DNA of 53,502 nt, from IMG/VR virus record IMGVR_UViG_3300018432_000016, positions 1-53,502 of that record; one strand, given 5' to 3'. Position 1 is the stretch's first letter; every line of letters begins with the position of its first letter. Both the position numbers and the translations under genes were made by a program. Below are positions 8,166-18,250 of this stretch, in pieces. Origin of the DNA: a virus (taxonomy: Duplodnaviria; Caudoviricetes). Below the pieces are notes generated by a model. The model was not told where the DNA came from and searched no databases. It saw nothing but the letters and a program-made list of their open reading frames with translations.

Positions 8166-9085
8166 GAGCCGGCCTCGATGCGGCGCCGCTGCTCGTCGAT
8201 CAGATAGCCGAGGGGCGCCGTGTGCCCCTGCGGAGACCGGACGGGCACGTCGAGGAGGGGGAGGGCGCGGTGCCGGACGCCGGCCAGGTCCTCGACGGTC
8301 GTCGTCCCGACGGCGGCGGTCAGCGCCCGCGCGGCACGGTCGACCTCCTCGGGAGTGAATGGGCGGGACGGCTCGATGTTCGTGCGGTCCGGGTCGTCGG
8401 CGGCGCTCGCCTCCGTGGGGATCAGGAACGCGGCCAACAGGGCGGACTTGATGGCCTGCGAGTACGCCTTGCCGGTGGACTTGTCGCCGGTGTCAGCGCC
8501 CTCCCCCCACCCGTCCAGTTCCTCGGAGGAGCCGTCGGCGGCGAGGAACCGCAGGCGGACGTGGACGTGTGTCACGTAGTTGTACCCGGTGCCGGAAGAG
8601 CGGGGCCGCTGCTCTCGTTCCCGGTCCAGAGTGGAGGGGAGGACGACGAGCCCCACCTCGGCGAACAGGTCGTGCAGGGCGGCGTACACGTCGTCGATGC
8701 CCCGGAACGAGTAGCCGCCGGCTTTCTGTTCGGCCTGCCTGCCCTTGGCGATGGGCTGGACGCGGCGGAACACCTCGGCGAGCGCCTCGGCGGCGGTCAG
8801 CGGGTAGGACTCGCGGAGCGGCTCGGAGTCCGGCGAATACGCGGACTCGTCAATCTCGGGCAGCCGGCCGAACACGGGCACGCCGGAGAATGTCTCGACG
8901 GACACCGGTATCGCCCCCTGCGGCGTGAGGTGGAACGCGCCGATCGGGGGCAGCGCGTCGGACTCCGGCTCCGGCGTGGGCTGCTCGGGGGCGGGTAGGT
9001 CCTCGACGGGTGTCGGGGACGGGTCGACCGTGGTGGGCGCGGGTTCGCCGGCCGGCTCGGGTCGGGTGCGGGCGGCGGGCATCAT
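8162..9085 (-). CDS. ERF-family ssDNA annealing protein
   Basis: YSFRGIDDVYAALH...DGS...GEGADTGDKSTGKAYSQAIKSALLAAFLIPT. Confidence 0.9.
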   Translation of the reverse strand: MMPAARTRPEPAGEPAPTTVDPSPTPVEDLPAPEQPTPEPESDALPPIGAFHLTPQGAIPVSVETFSGVPVFGRLPEIDESAYSPDSEPLRESYPLTAAEALAEVFRRVQPIAKGRQAEQKAGGYSFRGIDDVYAALHDLFAEVGLVVLPSTLDREREQRPRSSGTGYNYVTHVHVRLRFLAADGSSEELDGWGEGADTGDKSTGKAYSQAIKSALLAAFLIPTEASAADDPDRTNIEPSRPFTPEEVDRAARALTAAVGTTTVEDLAGVRHRALPLLDVPVRSPQGHTAPLGYLIDEQRRRIEAGS

Positions 9086-9294
9086 GCCTCCAGGCGTGGG
9101 GTCGAGGGGATCGTGCCGGCGGCGTACGCGTCGAGGTAGGCGCGGAGCACGTCGGGAAGGTCGACGCCCTCGCGGGCGGCGCGTTCCTCGGCGGCGGCGC
9201 GGCGGTCGGCGTTCACGTACAGCCACCATCGGGACGACCCGCCCTCGATCTTCGGCGGGCGTCCGGCCCGTCGAGGTCGGGCGGTTGTGGTCAC
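9082..9294 (-). CDS. Ribbon-helix-helix DNA-binding protein
   Basis: GRPPK...WLYVNADRRAAAEERAAREGVDLPDVLRAYLDAY. Confidence 0.7.
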   Translation of the reverse strand: MTTTARPRRAGRPPKIEGGSSRWWLYVNADRRAAAEERAAREGVDLPDVLRAYLDAYAAGTIPSTPRLEA

Positions 9295-9313
9295 GGGTAG
9301 GACCTCCTCTGTC

Positions 9314-9345
9314 GGCGTGGGATGCTTACCCCCCGATTATAGGCA
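9314..9345 (-). promoter_or_regulatory. Class-2 promoter for the recombination/replication operon
   Basis: TATAAT (9336-9341)-C-GGGGGG-TAAGCAT-CCCACGCC, then GAGGAGG SD. Confidence 0.7.
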
Positions 9346-9367
9346 CAGGAAACGGCGGGTGGGGATC

Positions 9368-9748
9368 ATGCGGGCGGGAGAATTGCGGCGGGTCGCCTAC
9401 GAACGGCAGGGCGGCCGGTGCGCGGTCACCGGCGCCCCCCTCGGCAACCTCGACGGCGGGTGGCATCTACACCACAGGCGGCCGGGCAGCATGGGCGGCA
9501 CGGAGCGGGCGAACCAGCAGCGGCCCGGGAACGTGCTCGGGCTGCTCGCCCGCGTCCACAATTTCGGGGCGGCCGGGCTGCTCCTCGACGGACGGGTGCG
9601 GTCAGTACACGGCAACCCGGAGTGGTCGAAACCGTTGGGGCTGCTGCTGTCGGCGTCCGTCGACGACCCGGGCTCGGTGCCGGTGCGGCTCGCCGGCCTC
9701 GGATTCGTGTTCCTCCTCGACGACGGCGGGGTGCTGCCGGTCGGTTAG
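9368..9748 (+). CDS. HNH-like endonuclease with degenerate Zn ligands
   Basis: [11 protein letters not shown]...[12 protein letters not shown]...N...H..VHGNPEWS...GLLL...DDGG, actinophage HNH pattern. Confidence 0.7.
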   Translation: MRAGELRRVAYERQGGRCAVTGAPLGNLDGGWHLHHRRPGSMGGTERANQQRPGNVLGLLARVHNFGAAGLLLDGRVRSVHGNPEWSKPLGLLLSASVDDPGSVPVRLAGLGFVFLLDDGGVLPVG

Positions 9749-10560
9749 GCGGTGACGGTCGGACCCGGGTACCGGCCGTTGATCGCGATATACGTCGCCG
9801 CCACGGGGACGGCGCCCCGCAGGAACACGCCGGACGCCTGAATGTTCACAGACCGGATGGCGTCATTGTTCATCGCCGGCAGAATGTGCCGGGTGCCGTT
9901 GCGGGGCGCGTAGCTGCCGGACAGGGCGCATATCTGCGTCGTCGCCCCGGCCCCGCCGTTGTACTTGGCGAGCCCGGAGACGGTGACCCACCCGTCCCGG
10001 TCGATCCAGAACCGCAGGTCCTCGTACACGCCGTCACCCCACGCCCCCCACCCGGTAGACCAGGGGGCGGCGGCCTCGGAGCGGATCGTCTCGACGAAGT
10101 CGCGGCGGGTGAGCGATTCGGACGCCGACGGCTGCGGCGACAGGGACCGGGGCTCGGTGAGGAACAAGGCGTTCGCGGTGCCGTCGGCGTTGCGGGACCA
10201 CACCTCGTTTCCGTCGGCGATGAGGTGCTGCCCGGTGGACGGCCCAATCTGGAGCCCATGCCCGGTGGACACGTCGGAGGCGTCGGTCGTGGAGGTGATG
10301 CGCAGGCGGGCGACGGTGACCTCGGACGCCGGGTCGATGGTGCCGGCCGGCCCGGTCGGGCCGGTGTCGCCCGTGTCGCCTTTCGGCCCGGCCGGGCCGG
10401 TGAGCCCGGTCGGTCCGGCCGGGCCGGTTTCGCCTTGCGGGCCGGCCGGCCCCTCGGGTCCCTCGGGTCCCTGCGGTCCGGGTGTCCCGGAGCCGGTGAG
10501 GCGGCGGCGGAGGAGGCGGTCGTGCCGGTTGAGCATCTGCCCGGGTGTCTCGCGGGCCAT
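9745..10560 (-). CDS. Minor tail/fibre protein with collagen-like repeats
   Basis: (GXY)n run [19 protein letters not shown]...; last gene of the tail operon. Confidence 0.8.
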   Translation of the reverse strand: MARETPGQMLNRHDRLLRRRLTGSGTPGPQGPEGPEGPAGPQGETGPAGPTGLTGPAGPKGDTGDTGPTGPAGTIDPASEVTVARLRITSTTDASDVSTGHGLQIGPSTGQHLIADGNEVWSRNADGTANALFLTEPRSLSPQPSASESLTRRDFVETIRSEAAAPWSTGWGAWGDGVYEDLRFWIDRDGWVTVSGLAKYNGGAGATTQICALSGSYAPRNGTRHILPAMNNDAIRSVNIQASGVFLRGAVPVAATYIAINGRYPGPTVTA

Positions 10561-11711
10561 CAGGCGAGTCCTAACGTCATCGTGACGGTTTCCGAGGTGC
10601 CCTGCCCGGCCGGCCGGATGCGGCGGCCGACGATGCGGGCGGACAGCTCGTGCGGCCGGCCGTCCGGCGGGTCGGGCCACAGCCGGTCGGCGGCCTGGAG
10701 GGTGACGGTGTCGCCGAGCCCGTAGGAGGCGAGGTCGGGTCCCCGGTCGCCGCGCACCGTGAGCCCGGTGAGCTGGACCTCCTCGGCGACGAGGGCGGCG
10801 AGTTCGGCGGCGGTGGCCCGGTCGAGGCGGGCCTGCGTGACAGGCTCCCCCGGTTTGCCGGCGGCGGTGCCCTCCAGCAGGGCGAACCCGGCCTCGACTT
10901 CGCCGGTGGTCTGCACGGAGCGGAGGAGCGTGTCGTCGTCGTCGGTGCCGACGCCGAGGAGGTCCGTGGGGATACCGGTGCCGTCCTCGGTCACGTCGTA
11001 GCCGAGGACCTCGTTCGACTGCCGCGACCCGGGGCTGCTCGTCCACACGAGGGCGCGGGAGGAGCTGGAGCCGAGGCGGGCAGCCTGGACGAGGGTGAGG
11101 GTGAACGCGCCGGACGCCTCGTCGTATCCGGGGGCGATGCGCCACTCCAGGGGGGCGGCGTCGGCGACGGCGGTCAGCTCCTCCAGGATCGTCGAGTCGT
11201 CGGCGAGGCGCACCGCGTAATCGCTCGTGGTGCCGACGGTCGTGTCGGGAAGGATCAGCCCGCCCATGCTGCCGCCGGGGACAGCGAGGGCGTCGGCGAG
11301 GATCGCCCGCTGTATGGCGGCGTCATCGTCGCCGGTGAACGTGCGGTCCTGCACGACTTTCCGGGCGCCGAGGTAGGACTCGGGGGTCGCCATCGTGAGT
11401 TTCATGCCGGTACCGGAGCGGACCCGTTTCCATACGACCCCCGCCCACAACGCCGGCCGGGACACCTCGCGGCCGGCGGCGGTGGTCACCCGCTGCGCGA
11501 ACATGATGGTCCGGCGTTGCCGGGTGGCGGTCCACGGATCGGAGGCGCGGACCTCCTCGTCGAGGAGGGGCACGGTGCCGTTACCGGTGGCCGGCCCGCC
11601 GATGACCTCCTGCAAGTCGACGGCGAGGAGGGGGAGCTGCGCGAGCGGCCGGCGGGTGGCGAGGTCGCAGAACGTGTAGCGCCAGTGGATGCGCCGGTCG
11701 GGTTCGGTCAC
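10560..11711 (-). CDS. Minor tail protein (baseplate hub, ReqiPepy6 Gp37-like)
   Basis: [32 protein letters not shown]...RIVG motifs; position. Confidence 0.75.
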   Translation of the reverse strand: MTEPDRRIHWRYTFCDLATRRPLAQLPLLAVDLQEVIGGPATGNGTVPLLDEEVRASDPWTATRQRRTIMFAQRVTTAAGREVSRPALWAGVVWKRVRSGTGMKLTMATPESYLGARKVVQDRTFTGDDDAAIQRAILADALAVPGGSMGGLILPDTTVGTTSDYAVRLADDSTILEELTAVADAAPLEWRIAPGYDEASGAFTLTLVQAARLGSSSSRALVWTSSPGSRQSNEVLGYDVTEDGTGIPTDLLGVGTDDDDTLLRSVQTTGEVEAGFALLEGTAAGKPGEPVTQARLDRATAAELAALVAEEVQLTGLTVRGDRGPDLASYGLGDTVTLQAADRLWPDPPDGRPHELSARIVGRRIRPAGQGTSETVTMTLGLA

Positions 11712-12457
11712 CCGCGCCAGCCCCGCGACCAGAACGCGCGGTGTGTGCGCGGCCCGACGACGGTCCCGTCGGCGTCGGCGCCGGCGACGCCGACCTGCTG
11801 CTGCGCACGACGGATGACGTGCTGCGTCTGCCCCAGGTAGTTGCCGGTGACGGGCAGCAGCGGCAGTGCCGGGGACCACGGTTCGGCGTTGAGGAACCGT
11901 TGCAGCCGGCGGACCGGCTCGGAGTTCTTCGCCCCGTAGGCGATGGGCGGCAGGTGTGAGCCGTCCAGCGCGGCCGGTGTGGGCGCCGTGGGCGGGCTCG
12001 TGGCGTACGCCGGGTGCCCGTAGCCGACGACGGCCGACGTGGACCGCCTGCGGCGCCACACGCCCCCGCCCCGGTCCTGCGAGCCGGTGACGCCGGACGT
12101 GGTGTTGCCCTCGATCGTGGTGATCGTGCCGTCCGGGTTGACGGCCTCGACGATGCCGACGTGTTGGATGCGGGCGAGGGCGTCACCGGGGAAGTCGTAG
12201 AACACGAGGTCCCCGACGCGCGGCGCCCGGTCGGCGCGGCCCTGCCTGCGATACCAGTCGTACAGGGTGGGCGTGTAGGCGGTTTTCGCGATGAGCCCGG
12301 CGGCGTCGGCCTGCCCGAACACCCACCAGCAGAACTGAGCGCACCACGCCACCCGATCCGCCCCGTACGCCCGCCCGTACGGGTTGGACCCGCCGGCGGC
12401 CTCGACGGTGCCGATCTGCGCGCGGGCCACGTCGAGGACCCGTCCGGCAGTGGTCAC
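11708..12457 (-). CDS. Endolysin: CHAP domain plus C-terminal peptidoglycan-binding domain
   Basis: AWCAQFCWWV, PRVGDLVFYDF, HVGIVE, TIEGNT; C-terminal VRRLQRFLN...DGTVVGPRT. Confidence 0.9.
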   Translation of the reverse strand: MTTAGRVLDVARAQIGTVEAAGGSNPYGRAYGADRVAWCAQFCWWVFGQADAAGLIAKTAYTPTLYDWYRRQGRADRAPRVGDLVFYDFPGDALARIQHVGIVEAVNPDGTITTIEGNTTSGVTGSQDRGGGVWRRRRSTSAVVGYGHPAYATSPPTAPTPAALDGSHLPPIAYGAKNSEPVRRLQRFLNAEPWSPALPLLPVTGNYLGQTQHVIRRAQQQVGVAGADADGTVVGPRTHRAFWSRGWRG

Positions 12458-12600
12458 GGCTGCTCCGTCTCGGTGCCGGCGGGCAGGTGCTCGGGGTCCT
12501 GCGGGGGCTGCTCGGCGGGGTCGTCGGGGCGTAGCCCGTTGTCGGTGCGCCGCGCGTACTCGTCGTCGGCGGTGAGGTCCTCGGACTGCGGTCCGGTCAC
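12454..12600 (-). CDS. Small acidic hypothetical protein
   Basis: 48 aa; GAGGAG SD; 4-nt overlaps. Confidence 0.45.
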   Translation of the reverse strand: MTGPQSEDLTADDEYARRTDNGLRPDDPAEQPPQDPEHLPAGTETEQP

Positions 12601-12830
12601 TGCTGCTCCTCGGTGTCGGGGCGGAGAACCCATACCTCCAGGGCGCACGACACGTCGCGGGTGTCCTGCCCCTGCGAGTCGGGTTCGGTGAAAGTGACGG
12701 GCACGACGTGCCCCTCGACCTCGTCGGGAACGGGGTCGGCGACGGCGGCGACGGTGGGGCCGTCGGTGGACAGGTCGGGGATACGGTCGCCCGGCCGCAA
12801 GTCGCGCGGATCGAGGGTCAGGTATGGCAC
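12597..12830 (-). CDS. Hypothetical protein
   Basis: GTG with GAGGAG SD; DLRPGDRI motif. Confidence 0.6.
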   Translation of the reverse strand: MPYLTLDPRDLRPGDRIPDLSTDGPTVAAVADPVPDEVEGHVVPVTFTEPDSQGQDTRDVSCALEVWVLRPDTEEQQ

Positions 12831-12844
12831 GGGTTCTCCTCGGG

Positions 12845-14428
12845 TCAGGTGTCGGCGCCGCGTTGCCACAGCATGTGCAGGGTGCATCGCGCGAAATCTG
12901 AGGTTCCGACGGACTGCGTCGAACCGGAGTTCTGGAACACCTGCACGGTGACCACGTCATCGACGGACAGCCACAGCACCCCCGACGCCTCGACGCCGGC
13001 GTCGGAGGCGGACCCGAACTCGCCGGTCCCCCGGCCGATGGGCTGGACGGCGCCGTTGCGGTGGACGCGGATGCATCGGCGGCCGGCGGCGGCGGCGGCG
13101 ACGGAGAACCCGGTCGTCACCCAGTAGTAGCCGGCACGCTTGCATACGACGTTGGCGCCGGACCCCCACATGCCGTGCGAGTCGTACGCCTCGGCGTCCC
13201 AGGAGATGGGCACCCACGCATTGTTGGTGAGCCCCCCGGAGGCGTCGCGGGCGAGGCGGAGGACGGGGCCGGTGATGGTGTCGAGGCGGGCCGGGTTGCT
13301 GGCCCCGGTGGGGGCGTTGACGACGAGCCCGTGCCAGAGGAACGGAACGACCTTCGCCCCGGTGGCGCCGGTGGCGGAGCGGGCCATGCCCTCGTTCGTG
13401 TCGATGATGACGTGTTGTGCGTCGTCCGGCCCAATCTGCACCGGGTGCAGGGTGGACGGTGTGCCGGAGTTGTCTGCCTCCCGCTCCTGCGCGTCGTTCG
13501 TGGCGGTGATCCGCAGGCGGGGGACTTCCAGGGCTTGCGCGTTGCCGCCGGTGGCGTCGCCGTGGACGGTGGCCGGGCCGAGGGCAACGTCCCCGTACAC
13601 GCCGTCGTCGGGTTCGGTGTTGATGCCGAGCCACGCCACGCCGCCGGCGCCGTCGCGGGTCTGAATCTGGTTCGCGTCGAGGACGAGGTTCGCCGCGTTG
13701 TCGGCGCCGACCTGGAAGGGGTGCCCGGTCGAGGACAGGGACACGTCGGTCGTGTTGGCGAACCGGAGCCGGTCGACGAGCAGCGGCCCCCACGCGGCGG
13801 CGGCGGCGGACCAGCGGCGGAGTCCCCACGTCGGGTGGTCGAGGAGCTGCCCGTCGTACGCGCCGTTCTGGGCGGTCTCCCCGGCGCGGAGCGGCTGGAC
13901 CCCGCCCACGGCGACCTGTTGGGGGACGATCGTCGGCGTGAACGTCACCGTCCCCGAGCCGGGGGGGACGGTGATCGTGCCGAGGGTGAGCGAGTTCGGG
14001 GGGGCGTCCGGCAGCACGGCGCCGGCGAGGACGGGTGTGCCGGGGACGACCCGAACGTCGGCGTCGTCCTCGTCCTCGTTCGGTTCGTACGCGGTGTCGC
14101 GGACGGAGACGACGAGCCGGTCCAGGCGGGACAGGGTGGCGTCGCGGGCGCCGATCGCGCGTTCGACGGCGGCGTCGTTCACGACGACGTAGTCGCCCTG
14201 CGACCCGCCCTGCGTGCCGGCGATGACCCACCGGCACGGGTTGACGGTGAGCGCCTCCGGCCCGAGGAGGGTCACCTCGCCGACGTGCCCGGCCGCGTTG
14301 GGCAGGACCCCGGAGTACGCGTGGAGCCCGCCGGCGGAGGCGGGCTGGAAGTGCACGCGGATGAGGCGGTGATCCTCGGCGGGCAGACCTTCGGGCGCGT
14401 TCTGGAGGTTGGTTGCGCGGACGGTCAT
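12845..14428 (-). CDS. Minor tail protein (putative receptor binding) with C-terminal C1q-like domain
   Basis: N-terminal QGDYVVVND...RLDRLVVSVRD baseplate domain; C-terminal WVPISWDAEAYDSHGMW...AGYYWV...VQVFQNSG. Confidence 0.8.
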   Translation of the reverse strand: MTVRATNLQNAPEGLPAEDHRLIRVHFQPASAGGLHAYSGVLPNAAGHVGEVTLLGPEALTVNPCRWVIAGTQGGSQGDYVVVNDAAVERAIGARDATLSRLDRLVVSVRDTAYEPNEDEDDADVRVVPGTPVLAGAVLPDAPPNSLTLGTITVPPGSGTVTFTPTIVPQQVAVGGVQPLRAGETAQNGAYDGQLLDHPTWGLRRWSAAAAAWGPLLVDRLRFANTTDVSLSSTGHPFQVGADNAANLVLDANQIQTRDGAGGVAWLGINTEPDDGVYGDVALGPATVHGDATGGNAQALEVPRLRITATNDAQEREADNSGTPSTLHPVQIGPDDAQHVIIDTNEGMARSATGATGAKVVPFLWHGLVVNAPTGASNPARLDTITGPVLRLARDASGGLTNNAWVPISWDAEAYDSHGMWGSGANVVCKRAGYYWVTTGFSVAAAAAGRRCIRVHRNGAVQPIGRGTGEFGSASDAGVEASGVLWLSVDDVVTVQVFQNSGSTQSVGTSDFARCTLHMLWQRGADT

Positions 14429-14432
14429 AGGT

Positions 14433-15359
14433 TCACTTCCACGTCGAGGAGGCGGAGACGGACAGGGTCGAGGCGTCGCCGTCGGGCGCCACGTACGGCC
14501 CCTCGTGGGACAGGCGGAGCGTGTTCTCGCCGGGCACGATCAGGGGGAACGAGCCGACGAAGTCGACGAAGATCGACACGCCATTGAGCCGGACCGTCGC
14601 CGACCGGGTGTCGACGACGAGCACGTCCCCGGCGCCGAGGTCGCGGGCGATGGTGAACCGGATCCCGGTCGTGTTGTTGATGACGGAGGGGCGCTGGAGC
14701 GGCCCCCGCAGCGTGTACGTCGCCTGCGCGTCCTCGTCGCCACGGTTGTCGACGACGAGGGTCCCCTGCGAGGAGGAGTGCGTGCCGTAGGTGAACGGGT
14801 AAACGATCGGGTAGGTGAGCCCCCCGGCGGGCTCCGGTAGGCCGGTGGACAGCAGCTCGGCGGCCTGCGCGGCGTCGAACTTCCACGGGTCGGCGGCAAC
14901 CATGACGAACGACCACTCGAACGACCGGTCGTCGACCCACCGGGGGCCTTTGGGTTGCCCGGTGGCGCGCAACCACAGGGACAGCTCCCCGGGCTCGTCG
15001 GGCGCCGTGTAGAGCACCGGATGCCGGGAGGAGGCGACGGCCAGCAGACGGCGCCACGCGCGGAGCGCGGCCGGCCGGTCGGGGCAGGCGGTGAACCCAG
15101 GGTCCGACGCCCCGAACGACAGGACGCGGGGGCCGTACGAGGTGTCCCCGTCGTACCCGCCGTCCCCGTACGGCCGCTCGTCGATCGGCGTCGACGCGGT
15201 CGGCGCATACCAGCCCTCCGGCTCGTCGACCCACCACTGGCAGCCCTCCTCGTCGACGGCGTTGAGGACGAGCAGCGGGTTGTCGGCCGGCCCGAACCGG
15301 GCTCGCCACTGCTCGTCGGTGAGCAGCCACGACCGTTCGGCGACGTGAAGTTCGGTCAC
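14433..15359 (-). CDS. Distal tail protein (Dit)
   Basis: Follows tape measure; AADPWKF, GGLTYPIVYPF, NRGD, IVPGENTL. Confidence 0.8.
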   Translation of the reverse strand: MTELHVAERSWLLTDEQWRARFGPADNPLLVLNAVDEEGCQWWVDEPEGWYAPTASTPIDERPYGDGGYDGDTSYGPRVLSFGASDPGFTACPDRPAALRAWRRLLAVASSRHPVLYTAPDEPGELSLWLRATGQPKGPRWVDDRSFEWSFVMVAADPWKFDAAQAAELLSTGLPEPAGGLTYPIVYPFTYGTHSSSQGTLVVDNRGDEDAQATYTLRGPLQRPSVINNTTGIRFTIARDLGAGDVLVVDTRSATVRLNGVSIFVDFVGSFPLIVPGENTLRLSHEGPYVAPDGDASTLSVSASSTWK

Positions 15360-17890
15360 GCGGTGCCCCCGAGGAGTGCGACGGGCCGGGTCGCCCCGGA
15401 GGAGAGCTGCCACCCGAGGTCGTTCCCGACGTGCGCGGCGAGGATCCGCTCGTCCATGCCGGGCGCCGGGTGTACGTCGATCTGCACGTTCGCCCCGCCG
15501 ACGGAGGTGGAGGCGGTGCCGGTGACGCCGGGCAGGTTGCCGGAGAGGAGCCCCCGGAGCAGGTCGTCGGCGACGCGTCGCTGCTCGGGGGTGGCGACGA
15601 GTTCGTCGTCGCGGAGGAGGGCGAGACCTTCCCCGCCGTCGGCGGTGAACACGCCGCCGGAGTGGAGGCGAGGAATGTCCGGCGGGTTGACCGTCACCCC
15701 CATGATCGTGAACTCTAGGAACCCGTTCAGTCGGTCGATGACCTGTTCGTTGATGAATCCCCGGACGGCCCGGAAGATCGACCCGGCCACGTCGCCCACG
15801 AACGAGGCGGCCTTACTGATCCCGTTAACGAGTCCCCGGATCAGGTCGCCGCCGGCGTTGAGCAGCAGGGACCCGAGGTTGCCGAGGGCGGAGAGGATCT
15901 TCCCCGGCAGACCTTTCACGAAGTCGACGACTGTACCGATACCGCTTTTCACCTTGTCGACGACGGCATTAAAGGCGCCGACGACCTTATCTTTGATGGC
16001 ATTAAAGGCGTCGACGGTGAATTTCTTTACCTTATCCCAATTGGCGATAATCAATGCGACGAGCCCGACGACGAGTGCGATGACCCACCCGATCGGGCCT
16101 AGGGCGATGAACCAGGCGAGGGCCATGCGGGCGGCGGCGAGGAGCGCCTGCGCGCCCATGAGCACCCATCCGGCGACGACGCGGGCCACGGTGCCGGCCA
16201 TCGACGCGGCCATGATGGCGCCCTGCACCACGAACCCGGCGGCCATGACGGCGAGGGATGCGACGGTGCGGATCTGCGCGCCCAACCAGGCGGCGGCGAC
16301 GACGGCGGCGTTGATGACGGCGGAGATTCCCATGCCGATCCACGCGCCGACCGTGAGCCCGGCGGACAGGATGGCGGCGAAGCTCATAGCGGCCCACCGG
16401 GCGACGATGAGCGCCGACTGTGCGACGTAGACGATGCCGGTGCCGATCGCGCCGGCGGCGGCCATTCCCCACCCGATGAGGGTCATCGTGCCGGAGGCGA
16501 TGGCGGCGAACCCGAGGCGGGCGAGGGCCGGGATCAGGACGATCGTGATACCGGTCGCTATGTCCTCGATGGTGCCCTTGTGCTCCGTCAACCAGTCGGA
16601 GAATTTCGTCAGGGCGGGCATCACGTTGTCCTCGACATACCCCCGGATGGTGTCTAGGGCGGGGGCGAGGTTGTCCTCCAGCCATGTTGCGACGGCCTCG
16701 ATGGCCGGGCGGAGGTTGTCGCCGATCCACGTCGCGGCGCCCTGGATAGCGGGGATGAAAGTCGACGTGAGGACGGAGGCGATCGTCTCGATGATCGGGA
16801 CGACGACCCCGCCGATGATGTCGACGAACGCGGTCTGTGCGGTCCTCCAGAACGTCGTGAGGTTCGTCGAGGCGTTGTCGTTGAGGGTGGTCCCCAGGTT
16901 GCCAACGGCGCCCTCGACCTGCCCGAGCCCCTCGACGGCGGTCGACGGGTCCATCTGGAGGATCGCGTCGCCGAGGTCCTCGTACTGCGTGCCGACGAGT
17001 TCGGCGGCGGCGGCGGAGCGGAGCGCCGGGTCCTCGGTGTTGCGGAGCGCGTCGAGGACGCTGTCGAGGGCGGCGGACGCGGCCGGCCCACCCTCCTGCA
17101 TGGCGGCGAAGTAGTTGTCGGCGTTGAGCCCGAGGGAGCCGAGCGCCTCGGCGGCGCCCTCCCCCGCCTCCCGGCCGATGATGCCCATCTCCCGCAGCGC
17201 GTCGGCCGCAAAATCCGCGTTGGGGATGCCGGCGGCAAGCGCCTGATTGATGAGCCCCACCGACTGCGAGCCGTTGAGTCCTAGCTCGGAGAATGTGGAG
17301 CCGTACTCGCCGACCACGTCGAGGAGGTCCCCGCCCCGGTCGGCGCCCTCTTGGAATCCTCGGGTGAGTACGTCGAGCGCCTCCTCGGCGTTCGCGGCGA
17401 GCCCGGTTTGGATCATGCGGCCGACGGCGGCGGAGGTGGCACCTACATCCTGTTCCATCGCCGTGGACAGGTCGAGGACGGAGCCGGTGACGGCCTGGAG
17501 GTCGGCGGAGGAGGCGTCGGCCATGCCGCCGACGTTCTGCACGACGGAGCGGAGGGCGTCGTTCACGGCGCCGAGGGAATCCCCGTAGGCGTTGGCGTAC
17601 AGGTCGCCGGCGACCTGCCCGTACCGCTCGGATTCGGCGCCGGACGCTCCGAGCTGCGCGGCGAGTTTGTCGCCGAGGGCGGCCTCCTCCAGGGCGGCGG
17701 CGAACCCGCCGGCGACGACCGCCCCGGCGGCGGCGATCCCGGCCGCCATCTTCGTCGAGAACGCGTCGGCGCCGGACTCCCCGGCTGCTTCCATCGCCGC
17801 CGAGACCTTGGGTTCGATTTCCCGCTGTATCTCGGCCTTGTCGGCGTCGCCCCGGATACGGACCGCTGCCTCGCCGATGACGACCGCCAC
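15356..17890 (-). CDS. Tape measure protein
   Basis: 844 aa, Ala/Gly-rich helical, hydrophobic segment, GPIGWVI...IIANWDKV, IPRLHSGG. Confidence 0.95.
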   Translation of the reverse strand: MAVVIGEAAVRIRGDADKAEIQREIEPKVSAAMEAAGESGADAFSTKMAAGIAAAGAVVAGGFAAALEEAALGDKLAAQLGASGAESERYGQVAGDLYANAYGDSLGAVNDALRSVVQNVGGMADASSADLQAVTGSVLDLSTAMEQDVGATSAAVGRMIQTGLAANAEEALDVLTRGFQEGADRGGDLLDVVGEYGSTFSELGLNGSQSVGLINQALAAGIPNADFAADALREMGIIGREAGEGAAEALGSLGLNADNYFAAMQEGGPAASAALDSVLDALRNTEDPALRSAAAAELVGTQYEDLGDAILQMDPSTAVEGLGQVEGAVGNLGTTLNDNASTNLTTFWRTAQTAFVDIIGGVVVPIIETIASVLTSTFIPAIQGAATWIGDNLRPAIEAVATWLEDNLAPALDTIRGYVEDNVMPALTKFSDWLTEHKGTIEDIATGITIVLIPALARLGFAAIASGTMTLIGWGMAAAGAIGTGIVYVAQSALIVARWAAMSFAAILSAGLTVGAWIGMGISAVINAAVVAAAWLGAQIRTVASLAVMAAGFVVQGAIMAASMAGTVARVVAGWVLMGAQALLAAARMALAWFIALGPIGWVIALVVGLVALIIANWDKVKKFTVDAFNAIKDKVVGAFNAVVDKVKSGIGTVVDFVKGLPGKILSALGNLGSLLLNAGGDLIRGLVNGISKAASFVGDVAGSIFRAVRGFINEQVIDRLNGFLEFTIMGVTVNPPDIPRLHSGGVFTADGGEGLALLRDDELVATPEQRRVADDLLRGLLSGNLPGVTGTASTSVGGANVQIDVHPAPGMDERILAAHVGNDLGWQLSSGATRPVALLGGTA

Positions 17891-17893
17891 GCG

Positions 17894-18250
17894 CTACCCC
17901 CCTGATCGTCCGGCCGGCCCCCCGGCCTCCTGCGCCCGGCGCATCGCCCGTTGCTGCGCCGGTGTCCTGCCCCACGTCGCGGCGCGGGCATCCCGGTCGG
18001 ACCGGTCGGCGCGGCCGGCCCGGGTGGGGAACGTGAACGAGGCGAGTTGCTCGTCCAGCTCCCCGCGCCGTTCGGTGTTGTCCTCGTCTTCCTCCAGTAG
18101 GAGGCAGTACAGCAGGTCGAACGCCAGAGTTGCGGGCAGCTCCAGGAACGACCGGGCGCCGGCGGTGAGGGTCAGCGGCGCGAGCTTCCCTTCGACGTAC
18201 GACCGGTTCGTGACTGCCCACGCCGCGAGGACGTGGGCTTCCGGGTAGGG
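17894..18250 (-). CDS. Tail assembly chaperone, C-terminal (T) part via -1 frameshift
   Basis: Open frame PYPEAHVLAAWAVTNRSYVEG... in -1 frame overlapping the upstream chaperone; ends just before tape measure. Confidence 0.7.
   Translation of the reverse strand, partial: PYPEAHVLAAWAVTNRSYVEGKLAPLTLTAGARSFLELPATLAFDLLYCLLLEEDEDNTERRGELDEQLASFTFPTRAGRADRSDRDARAATWGRTPAQQRAMRRAQEAGGPAGRSGG

Noticed and set aside
2545-8980. CCCACGCC copies inside coding regions (2545, 8973; also 39980, 51401)
   Set aside because: Not upstream of an SD and compatible with chance at this GC, so not counted as start-associated
10340-10495. GGNCCN periodic repeat
   Set aside because: Explained by collagen-like Gly-X-Y coding
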